Source of the DNA: Planctomycetota bacterium
Lineage (GTDB): Bacteria; Planctomycetota; B15-G4
Direction: 5' to 3'
Length of the DNA stretch: 64,000 bases
NCBI GenBank assembly: GCA_965248575.1
Contig: CBDFJQ010000002.1
Location: 3,202,153-3,266,152 of the forward strand
Part shown: in pieces, positions 47,743-55,589 of the stretch
How the letters are laid out: each line of letters starts with the position of its first letter
Position numbering within the stretch: the first letter of the stretch is position 1
Made by a program: the position numbers and the translations under genes
The notes under the pieces: model-generated
Database searches by the model: none
What the model was told of the DNA's origin: nothing
Seen by the model: only the letters and a program-made list of their open reading frames with translations

Positions 47743-48642
47743 TCAGCCTTGGGCCGAATCCCCTCGGTTCCGAACCTCGCCTTCCGGCTCTTCCAGGAAG
47801 CGCCAGATCTCGTCGCGCGTCATGACGGTCTCAAGGGTCGGCCAGGCCGGATCTTCGAAGCCTCGCCCCAAGGCCAGGACGCTGGGGAGAAACACCCACT
47901 CCCCTCGCGTGCAGGGTGCCACGAGCCGGGCAGCTTGAGGCGCGTGGACTGCCGTGCTCGAAAGACCCTCCACGGTGCAACGGAGTGGGTGGCTGCCCGC
48001 AGTGACAGCGCCGTCGCTCACAGCCACAGGCCAGAGGGCCGGAGCTTCGGCGACCTCTCCCTCGCCTTCAGGCGGCAGGGGCCAGGCCAAGGGTGCATCC
48101 AGAGCGAGCTCCGGCGGGCCGCGCAAGACCGGTGACAGGAGCCCACCGCAGCCCATTAACTCGCAGGAGGCCAACGACTGCGCTGCGCCGGACGCGTCGG
48201 GCAGCTCGCGCTCCAGGAAGCTGGCCATGCGAGCGATGTTCCGGGCGTCGTCGGCGTCGTACGGCTCCAGCACCGCAACAGGCTGGCTCAACGCATCCTT
48301 GAGAAAGCCGTCGTCCTTGACCCGCCCCGACGCCACCAAGCGTGAGTCAGGGAAACCCGCCGCATGCGCCCGTTCCAACTCGAGACTCGAGTGGCATCGC
48401 GCCCACCAACCCGCCGACGCGAGCATGCTCAATACCGTGGCCGGCGCGACGCGTCCCACAGACACGGTACGGGGCCCGTCGCAAGCCTCGATGCGCTCGC
48501 TCAGGGCGCCGTGCGAGAGCAACCACACGGCGTGCCCTTCGAGGCCCAGCGTCATCTCACCCAGATCGACCCCGTCCACGCTCAGGCGGCCGTCACTCAG
48601 GACGCATGGCTGAGGCGAGGGTTCGCCCGGTGTGGGCGGCAC
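47743..48642 (-). CDS. hypothetical protein, distantly Orn/DAP/Arg-decarboxylase-like (shortened; the PLP-Lys position is not conserved)
   Basis: The N-terminus (RLSVDGVDLGEMTLGLEGHAVWLLSHGALSERI, then VSVGRVAPATVLSMLASAGWWARCHSSLELERAHAAGFP..LVASGRVKDDGFLKDAL) follows the layout of the LysA N-terminal barrel. It has R where the Schiff-base K is expected. The protein is only 299 aa. The assignment is tentative. Confidence 0.4.
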   Translation of the reverse strand: MPPTPGEPSPQPCVLSDGRLSVDGVDLGEMTLGLEGHAVWLLSHGALSERIEACDGPRTVSVGRVAPATVLSMLASAGWWARCHSSLELERAHAAGFPDSRLVASGRVKDDGFLKDALSQPVAVLEPYDADDARNIARMASFLERELPDASGAAQSLASCELMGCGGLLSPVLRGPPELALDAPLAWPLPPEGEGEVAEAPALWPVAVSDGAVTAGSHPLRCTVEGLSSTAVHAPQAARLVAPCTRGEWVFLPSVLALGRGFEDPAWPTLETVMTRDEIWRFLEEPEGEVRNRGDSAQG

Positions 48643-48645
48643 TGG

Positions 48646-49527
48646 TCAGGCCTGGTTTTCGAGGCGCTCGGCCAGCCGGTCCAGCATGCGGCCGTGAATC
48701 TGGCACACCCGACTCTCGGAGATGCCTTCCTTCTTGCCGATGTCCTTCAGCGTCAGGCCCTTGAAGTAGTAGGCGTCCACCAAGCGCTGCTCGACGGCGG
48801 TGAGTTCACGCCGCACCAGCTCGTAGGTCTCGCGCTTGTGCAGTATGTCGGAGGGTTCCGGCTGCTCACCCAGGAAGTCGGGGCGGTCATCATGAGACTC
48901 GCCTTCCTTGTTCTCCGGGAAGGGCACCATCGAGCTGAAGTGCAACTCGGAGAGCGCCGAGCGCAGGTTGTCGAGGCTCATCTTCAGGAAGCGGGCCAGT
49001 TCGAGGTCCGTGGGGTCGCGCCCCAGCTTCTCGCGCAGTTCGGCGATGGCTTCGTGCAGGCGTGAACCCCGGTTGCGCGCCTCGCGCGGGATCCAATCCA
49101 CCTGTCGCAGGAAGTCGATCATCGCGCCCCGCACGCGCAGACGGCAGTAAGTCTCGAAGCGGGCGTTCTTGTCCGGGTTGAAGGCCTCCACCGACTTGAA
49201 GAGGCCGAAGATCCCGGCGCTCATCAGATCGTCGTGCTCCACGCTGCGCGGCAGGCGCAGGGACAAGCGGTCGGCCACCATGCGCACGAGCGGCAGGTAG
49301 TGGATGACCAGCTCGTCCTTGTAAACACGCCGGCGTGTGCGGAGGAACTTCCCCCACAGACTCTCGGGCGTGGATGCAGTGGCTCGTTTCAAACGAGGCT
49401 TTCCGTACGAGTTGGGGCCCCGGTTCGGAGCGTGCGCGCACTTGCGAGCACACGGGGCCAGTCGACCACCCAGTCGACCACTTCGGGACGACCATGTTGC
49501 CATCCGAGTGTGTTGACCGCTCGACAT
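48646..49527 (-). CDS. fliA: sigma-70 family RNA polymerase sigma factor, FliA/WhiG (group 3) type
   Basis: Region 2: LVIHYLPLVRMVADRL, DDLMSAGIFGLFKSVEAFNPDKNARFETYCRLRVRGAMIDFLR. Region 3: LGRDPTDLELARFL. Region 4: LTLKDIGKKEGISESRVCQIHGRMLDRL. The start is uncertain. Confidence 0.8.
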   Translation of the reverse strand: MSSGQHTRMATWSSRSGRLGGRLAPCARKCAHAPNRGPNSYGKPRLKRATASTPESLWGKFLRTRRRVYKDELVIHYLPLVRMVADRLSLRLPRSVEHDDLMSAGIFGLFKSVEAFNPDKNARFETYCRLRVRGAMIDFLRQVDWIPREARNRGSRLHEAIAELREKLGRDPTDLELARFLKMSLDNLRSALSELHFSSMVPFPENKEGESHDDRPDFLGEQPEPSDILHKRETYELVRRELTAVEQRLVDAYYFKGLTLKDIGKKEGISESRVCQIHGRMLDRLAERLENQA

Positions 49528-49720
49528 GATTCAAGAGATTCGTGCGCGCGAACACAGAAACTTTGACGCGCTCTGCGGCGTGCCATCATGCGCGAAGCGT
49601 GTCGCAACGCATGCAAAAACACGCGCACGGTCATCGGCGTACATGCTCGCAATCCGATGGGCTTTGCTAGCCTGCAATCCTTCGCGCACCCCTTCGTTCG
49701 CACAGGTCTGAGGACGCGCC

Positions 49721-51184
49721 TTGCCCAACGCATCACGAGAACCACAGATTCGGATCGGACAGGTCGTTTGGCCTTGCCTGCGCGCAAGCAAGGGAGAAGC
49801 GGGGCTGGACGCACTCTCCGAGCTGTTCGAGCGCTATCCACCGGGCGGCGTGATCGTGTTTGGTGAGGGAGAAGCACGGGTGGATGCGCTGATCGCCAAG
49901 TTGCGCCTACGCATCCCTGGCGACCCGCTCATCGCGTCGGACCTCGAACGCGGTTGTGGACAACAAGTCCGTGAATACACCGACCTGCCCCCCGCCATGG
50001 CTATCGCTGCCTGCGGTGACGAAGACGCAGCGCACGACGCAGGCCTGCTGACCGCCCTGGAAGCGCGGGATGCCGGGATCGACGTCGTCTTTGCCCCGGT
50101 GGCCGACGTGAACAGCGCTTCCACCAACCCCATCATCGCCACACGCAGCTTCGGCGACGACCCGCAGCGGGTGGCCGCCTTCGCCTCAGCCTTTGCACAA
50201 GGCCTCGATGCAGGGGGCGTGCTTGCCGTGGGCAAGCACTTCCCAGGGCACGGCAGCACGGTGCAGGACAGCCACGAAGAGCTAGCGCGCATCACCAGCA
50301 CCGAGGACGAGCTACAAGCCATCGACCTCATGCCTTTCCGCACCCTGATCGCGGAGGGCATCGGCGGCCTCATGGTGGGCCACCTGGAAGTCCCCGCCTT
50401 GGATCCCGTCGCTGGGCGCCCAGCGACCGCCTCCCCCAACATCATTCTCGACCACTTGCGACGTCGCTTGGACTACGACGGCCTGGTCATCACCGACGCC
50501 CTCGATATGGGCGGCTTCCGCAGTGAACCCGCGGCAGGCCTCGACGTACTGCAAGCCGGGCTTGATGTGCTGCTCATGCCTGCCGACCCCTTGGCCACCG
50601 CCGAGGCCCTGCACGAGGCCTGGAAGCAACAGCACCTGGCCGATGAGGTGCTGGACGCCGCCGTGCGCCGCATCGAGGTGGCGCGCCAGCGGATCCGTGG
50701 TGCCGTCCCCAGTACGCAACGCCCGGACAGCTCGCTGGCGGAGAACCTGCTGGCCCACTCCATCACCTGCACCAGCGGGTCGGTGCCGCAACTCGTCCCT
50801 GGCGCCCCCGTGGACGTCACGGTCTATGGAGAAGACGACAGCGGCATGGTCGTCCCCGCCCTGCTCGAGGCCCTGGAGTCCGAGGGCATCCCCCGCGCGC
50901 CGGGTGGCCGTGCCATCGGCGTGGTGATCACCTCGGTGCGGGCCTGGGCGGGCACGGCTCGGCTCGACCCCACGCTGGAGAAGCGCCTGCACTGGGCCGC
51001 GCAGAACAAGCGACTGGATGTGGTCATCGTGCTGGGTTCGCCCTATGAAGCCCTCGATCTCCCGGCGGGGCCGGACACCCTGCTGGCCTACGAGGCCACG
51101 CCCACCACGGCCCAACAGATGGTGAGGGTCCTCTGTGGCCGAGCCGAAGCACCGGGATGCCTTCCCGTGGGAGCACCGGCATGA
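49721..51184 (+). CDS. nagZ: glycoside hydrolase family 3 beta-N-acetylhexosaminidase (NagZ-like) with a C-terminal extension
   Basis: Motifs: IASDLERGCGQQV, DVVFAPVADVNSASTNPIIATRSFGDDP, AVGKHFPGHGSTVQDSHEEL, GLVITDALDMGG. The ORF begins with TTG, so the start is uncertain. Confidence 0.8.
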   Translation: MPNASREPQIRIGQVVWPCLRASKGEAGLDALSELFERYPPGGVIVFGEGEARVDALIAKLRLRIPGDPLIASDLERGCGQQVREYTDLPPAMAIAACGDEDAAHDAGLLTALEARDAGIDVVFAPVADVNSASTNPIIATRSFGDDPQRVAAFASAFAQGLDAGGVLAVGKHFPGHGSTVQDSHEELARITSTEDELQAIDLMPFRTLIAEGIGGLMVGHLEVPALDPVAGRPATASPNIILDHLRRRLDYDGLVITDALDMGGFRSEPAAGLDVLQAGLDVLLMPADPLATAEALHEAWKQQHLADEVLDAAVRRIEVARQRIRGAVPSTQRPDSSLAENLLAHSITCTSGSVPQLVPGAPVDVTVYGEDDSGMVVPALLEALESEGIPRAPGGRAIGVVITSVRAWAGTARLDPTLEKRLHWAAQNKRLDVVIVLGSPYEALDLPAGPDTLLAYEATPTTAQQMVRVLCGRAEAPGCLPVGAPA

Positions 51185-51648
51185 ACCTGGCCCGCTTTCT
51201 TCGCGAAGAGCGTGTGGACCTGGTACTCGACGCCGCCTTCGACGAGGACCATCCCGCCAGCCTCACGGTCCTCGCCGAACACATGGCCGGCCTGCTCGCC
51301 CTGAGCGACGACATCGTCAACGCTTCCAAGCTGCGCAACGATCTCGTGAATCGTGAGAAACGCGCCCCCTCGCTGCTGGGCATCGGCATCGCCATGCCCC
51401 ACGTGCGCACCCTCCAGGCCCGCAAGCTGGTCATGGCCGTGGGCTTGTCCGAGCAAGGGCTCGAGTTGGACACCCCCGACGACGAACCCATCCGTATCGT
51501 CATCGCCATCGTCGGCCCGCCCTACGACGACAAGATGTATCTCCAGGTCTACAAGCGGCTCTCAGAGCGCTTGCTGGAAGAGGGCGCGACGGACGCCATC
51601 CTGGGTGCGGAGAACGCCGGTCAGGTGGTGCGCGCCCTCTCGGGCTAG
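51181..51648 (+). CDS. ptsN: PTS EIIA type-2 domain protein (PtsN-like nitrogen-regulatory IIA)
   Basis: Begins MNLARFLREERVDLVLDA. The active-site region is GIGIAMPHVR, and IVIAIVGP is present. The ATG at 51181 overlaps the nagZ stop in an ATGA. Confidence 0.75.
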   Translation: MNLARFLREERVDLVLDAAFDEDHPASLTVLAEHMAGLLALSDDIVNASKLRNDLVNREKRAPSLLGIGIAMPHVRTLQARKLVMAVGLSEQGLELDTPDDEPIRIVIAIVGPPYDDKMYLQVYKRLSERLLEEGATDAILGAENAGQVVRALSG

Positions 51649-51670
51649 GGTCGGGCGGCCGGCAGCCGGC

Positions 51671-52975
51671 CTACTGCCTCATCAGCAGGACCTTCAGTGG
51701 CGCCAGCCAGCCTTTGCCCGCGTGCGTTCGTTTCACGTCCTGACACAGGCGTTGGTAGGCCCATGCGCCCAGGGCAGGTCGGGAGTAGGAGAGGTCCCGC
51801 GCCTGTTGCGGATCGGTCGCCAGATCGAACAACTGCCGGCGGCGCGTGCTGAGGTCGAGCTCCAGGCGCAGGCTGCCTTCAGTCCACGTGAGCGCTGGCA
51901 GGGCGCCGTCGCGCAGGATCTCCAGCTGCCCGAGTTGCTCCTGCCCGACGTGACCGTCCGGCACGATGAGCGCCACCCCTTGCACGCTGTTGGTGCCTTC
52001 TCCCAAGGCGGCTCGGAACTCCAGGCGCACGGCTTCGCCAGCCCATGGTGTGAGATCGGCGGCAACGGAGCCTGGCCCTGAAGCGCCCGGAACGGAGCGC
52101 AGCAACAGGAAGGGCTGCTCCCCGTCGGGCAACGCCCAAAGCTCCAACGGGAGGGCCAGCCGCGACAAGACGTAGCGCAGCCCCACGCGCCCCTCCGGCA
52201 ACTTGAGCGCCACGATCGCGCTGGTGCCTCCGGGCAATTCCAATTCCGTCAGGGTCTTGCCGTCTGCACCGGAGACGAGCCCCGCCTGCGGGATGTCCAG
52301 CGCCCGCTGTTCACCCTGCACAAGCTCCAGCTCTTCGTTCGGGGGAAGAAAGCGCACCGTGAGCACGCGCGCCGCCAGGGGCAGCTCGCCCTCCACGCCG
52401 CTGATGGCGGTGGGCTGCACCTGCTCGAAGATCCACTGCACGCGGTTGCGACCCGGCACCTGTAACGCCGCCGGCACCAGCAGGCGTACGGCGCCCGTCT
52501 GCCTGTCGCGTCGCAGGCGGGTCGAACCCAGGGAGTGTCCGTTGAACAGCAGCTCCATGCTCTGCTGTGCGTCCGTCTCGGAGGCCATCGCCATGGTCAG
52601 GTAGCGATCGACGGGCTCCACAACATCCACAAAGAAGCTGGGCCGCTCGCCGATCAGATAGGTGAAGGCCGGGGTCTCGCCGGGCCGGGAGAGGACGCCC
52701 ACGGCCTCGGGGCCCGTGCCTCGCTCAAACTCCACCGTGTGGCGCCGCCCCCGGGGGTTGGCCAGGTTCACGCGGGCCGTGGTGCGCACGTACTCCGCGA
52801 AGCTGTAGTCCCCCATGACGCTGTAGGACGCGCTGAGGGTGCTGTGGAACTGCTTCTTGCCCCAGCGGTCGGCGAACACCCACGCAGCCCAGCAGAGGGC
52901 TGCGGCCACGAATAGCGCCAGGAGCAGGCGGGCGTCCAGCTTGCCCCTGCTCTCCCACCCTGCGCTGCGCGGCAT
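51671..52975 (-). CDS. membrane-anchored hypothetical protein; local similarity to the non-catalytic parts of the two sulfatase-like paralogs
   Basis: It has an N-terminal TM helix (LLLALFVAAALCWAAWVF). ADLTPWAGEAVRLEF resembles IDLTPWAGRTVDLEL and LDLSPWAGQRVSLEL. The C-terminal QLFDLATDPQQARDLS resembles ELYRLDVDPGELNDLS. No sulfatase catalytic motifs are present. Confidence 0.6.
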   Translation of the reverse strand: MPRSAGWESRGKLDARLLLALFVAAALCWAAWVFADRWGKKQFHSTLSASYSVMGDYSFAEYVRTTARVNLANPRGRRHTVEFERGTGPEAVGVLSRPGETPAFTYLIGERPSFFVDVVEPVDRYLTMAMASETDAQQSMELLFNGHSLGSTRLRRDRQTGAVRLLVPAALQVPGRNRVQWIFEQVQPTAISGVEGELPLAARVLTVRFLPPNEELELVQGEQRALDIPQAGLVSGADGKTLTELELPGGTSAIVALKLPEGRVGLRYVLSRLALPLELWALPDGEQPFLLLRSVPGASGPGSVAADLTPWAGEAVRLEFRAALGEGTNSVQGVALIVPDGHVGQEQLGQLEILRDGALPALTWTEGSLRLELDLSTRRRQLFDLATDPQQARDLSYSRPALGAWAYQRLCQDVKRTHAGKGWLAPLKVLLMRQ

Positions 52976-52990
52976 GTGGTTCCGGATCCC

Positions 52991-54046
52991 CTAGCCGTCC
53001 GTCGCCTTCTTGTACAGCGCCCGGGCCTCCGCCACCGGCTCCAGGCCCGGCACCTCTTCCAGCTTGCTGATGTAGGTGCTGGTCTTGTTGGCCACTCGCT
53101 GCCAGTTCTCGGAACCTGGAGTCATGGAGGACTCAAGCTGCGCACGGATCTGCTTCCAGTCGTTGATGCTGTACTCGACGATCTCGTTGCGCATCTCGCG
53201 TGCCGCCTCGACCTGGTCGGGCCAGGCCAGCGAGAACTCTTCCACGGCAGCCATCGCTCCCTTGTAGCCGGGGTTCTGGCTGATCAGGCGCAGGTTCATC
53301 TCGGCCCGGGTGTCCGCCTCGGTGGGCGGCTTGGAGAGCGAGGCGATGTCCGAGTAGCGGAACTCGATCGTCTCGATCTCCGAGACGTGGTCGCTGGCGG
53401 GGTAGCGGTCCTTGAACTCCTTGCAGCGCTTGAGCAGGTAGCGCGTGTTGGGAGCGTAGTTGGGCTCGAGGTGCCCCTTGCCGCCGCGCGAGACGTAGTT
53501 CTTCTCGACGGAAGCGATCAGCGAGTAGAGGTTCTCCGCGCTCTTGAAGTTGACGGCCCTGTCGAGATTCACCTTGCGGCTGATCACCTCGGCGCGCTTC
53601 TCCAGGGCCTGGCTGTAGAGCGGGCTGTCCTTGCCGACCTTGTCGAACTCGGCGATGGCCGCATCGAATTCCCCAGCCTGCATCAGGTCGAGACCGATGC
53701 TGTAGGGGCTCGGAGGATCGCCCTTTTTCAGGGCGAAGTAGCCGCCCAGGACGATCAGCACGGCGACCACCGCGAAGATGGCACCGGCTGCACGATGGTC
53801 CTTCTTGCGTGGGGTCCGGCCGCTGGTCCGGCTCCCGGACCGGCGGGAAGAACCACGTCGGCGACCGGAACTGGAAACCACCGGTGCTGCCTGGGCCTCT
53901 TCTTCCTCAGCCTCGTCGTCCTCGGAATCAGACAGCTCGGGAACCACGATCGGCTCCTTGCACGTCGGGCACTTCCCACGCCGCCCCGCCAACTCGTCCT
54001 TCGCCGTGAAGCTGGCACCGCAAGCATCGCAACTGACCTTGATCAT
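52991..54046 (-). CDS. zinc-ribbon / single-TM / periplasmic helical-domain protein
   Basis: Begins MIKVSCDACGASFTAKDELAGRRGKCPTCKEPIVVP. An acidic then Arg/Ser-rich linker follows, then a TM helix (AIFAVVAVLIVLGGYF), then a ~240-aa helical domain. The start overlaps the FHA gene's stop in an ATGA at 54043-54046. Confidence 0.7.
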   Translation of the reverse strand: MIKVSCDACGASFTAKDELAGRRGKCPTCKEPIVVPELSDSEDDEAEEEEAQAAPVVSSSGRRRGSSRRSGSRTSGRTPRKKDHRAAGAIFAVVAVLIVLGGYFALKKGDPPSPYSIGLDLMQAGEFDAAIAEFDKVGKDSPLYSQALEKRAEVISRKVNLDRAVNFKSAENLYSLIASVEKNYVSRGGKGHLEPNYAPNTRYLLKRCKEFKDRYPASDHVSEIETIEFRYSDIASLSKPPTEADTRAEMNLRLISQNPGYKGAMAAVEEFSLAWPDQVEAAREMRNEIVEYSINDWKQIRAQLESSMTPGSENWQRVANKTSTYISKLEEVPGLEPVAEARALYKKATDG

Positions 54047-55437
54047 GCAGATCTCCGAGCCGGCTGAGCAGGCGGCAGGAACGTGGGGGCGCTGTAACCG
54101 GCGGGAAGGGGTTGGGCGAAACGGATGCCCTCCTCGGGCACCGGCCGAACGCCTTCTCCGATGGCTGCAGGCCCGCTAGGCATGGGGGCGGAAAGAGCCG
54201 CGATGGACGCAACCAGCGGCGCAGGAGCGGCCCGTCGAGGAGCGGCCGGCGTCGACGAGGCACCGCGACTGCGACTTGAACCCGCGAGCGCTCCAGCAGC
54301 GGCGGCGGGAGCTGCAGCAGCGGCTGCTGGAGCGGGCTCGGGTTCCGGGGTGCTCTCGGCCACCGGCTCCAGCTCGTCGAGGGGGTCGAGCTCTTCCAGC
54401 TCTTCGAGTTCGTCCAGCTCCTCGAGTTCGTCCAGCTCTTCGAGGGCAGGAAGCTCTTCCAACTGCTCAAGCTCTTCCAGTTCTTCCAGAGCCTCGGGCT
54501 CCGCGGCAGCAGCAGCAGCAGCAGCAGCAGCAGCGGCAGCGGCAGCGGCAGCAGCCGTAGCAGCGCGCTCTGCCTCTGCATCCAGGGCCCTCTGGTCGGC
54601 AATGGCCTTCAGGGCGGCCTCGCTCGCGGCACGATCCCGCTCCGCCGCCTGTTCTGCAACGGATGCTGCCTGCGCGTCACCCTGCGCAGCCTCAGCCATC
54701 TCCAGGATCTCGCGGAAGCTGGCGTCGGAAAGGCCGTTCTCCATCTCGAAGGCCTCCAACTCAGCCACCTGAACCAGGTTCATGGCACGCACCTGATCCA
54801 AGGCCTTGGGCTTGGAGAGGGAGATGAAGTACTCGGTGCTGCCCTCCCGCGCCAACTTCAGGCGGCGAAGGGACTCCAAGTGCTTCCAGCGAGCCCGCTC
54901 AAGGGCTTCCTCGAGGTCGGGCGACGGCTCCGCAACGGCCTCTGCGCCGGTCGGGGCGGAACCCAGGTCGATCTCTTCGACGACTCCGCGGCGACGGCTG
55001 GCCTTGGTGGGCGCTTCGTCCTCGTCGAGGAGTTCGAGGTCGTCGAGAGACTCCAGCTCCTCGAGGTCCTCCAGCTCTTCGAGGCCGTCCAACTCTTCGA
55101 GGTCTTCCAACTCCGCCAGCTCGACCACCGCATCACCGCCCGCTGCAAAGCCCTCGGCACCTTCGGGCTGCTTGTAGAGCAGCATGACTTCGCCGATGCG
55201 CAAGGTGTCGTTGTGGTCGAGGTCCGCCATCTCGCAGGCTTCTTCGTTGAGCTGCATGTCGCCTTTGAGCAGCTTCGCGCGGTAGCCCCACTTCAAGGGC
55301 TTGAGCTCGATCCGGCAGCCCAGGGCCGTGGCGTGGTCCAGGACCACATCGCAGGAGGGGTTGGAGCCCACGACCACGAGCCCGTCCAGGGGCACGGAGA
55401 CGGGGCCGGAACCCTGGTTGATGATCAGACTGGCCAT
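54043..55437 (-). CDS. FHA-domain protein with long acidic Leu/Glu/Asp repeat tracts and an 18-residue poly-Ala run
   Basis: The N-terminal FHA-like domain is VVVGSNPSCDVVLDHATALGCRIELK..NDTLRIGEVMLLY. Two (L/E/D)-rich tracts and an A18 run follow. Confidence 0.75.
   Translation of the reverse strand: MASLIINQGSGPVSVPLDGLVVVGSNPSCDVVLDHATALGCRIELKPLKWGYRAKLLKGDMQLNEEACEMADLDHNDTLRIGEVMLLYKQPEGAEGFAAGGDAVVELAELEDLEELDGLEELEDLEELESLDDLELLDEDEAPTKASRRRGVVEEIDLGSAPTGAEAVAEPSPDLEEALERARWKHLESLRRLKLAREGSTEYFISLSKPKALDQVRAMNLVQVAELEAFEMENGLSDASFREILEMAEAAQGDAQAASVAEQAAERDRAASEAALKAIADQRALDAEAERAATAAAAAAAAAAAAAAAAAAEPEALEELEELEQLEELPALEELDELEELDELEELEELDPLDELEPVAESTPEPEPAPAAAAAAPAAAAGALAGSSRSRGASSTPAAPRRAAPAPLVASIAALSAPMPSGPAAIGEGVRPVPEEGIRFAQPLPAGYSAPTFLPPAQPARRSA
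54503..54556 (-). repeat. GCN trinucleotide repeat (18 consecutive GCA/GCG/GCC triplets on the plus strand) encoding the poly-Ala run
   Basis: Read directly: gcg (gca)x9 gcg gca gcg gca gcg gca gca gcc. Confidence 0.9.
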
Positions 55438-55589
55438 GAAGTGCAGACCCTCGGGGCGAGAATGGGCCCAACATCCTAGCGGAAGCGGGCCTCTCCGTGG
55501 GATGACGGCGCTGGACTCGCCACCGCCAGGCGAGCTGTCGGATCATGGCCCGGTTCACCGACCCCGCGTGGCGGCAAACAGCTCGGGGT

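Noticed and set aside
51657-51671. A short GC hairpin, GGCCGG-CAG-CCGGCC, between the convergent ptsN-like gene and the 51671..52975 gene, as a terminator.
   Set aside because: It has only 6 bp, no U-tract on either strand, and overlaps the first base of a stop codon. That is too weak to annotate.
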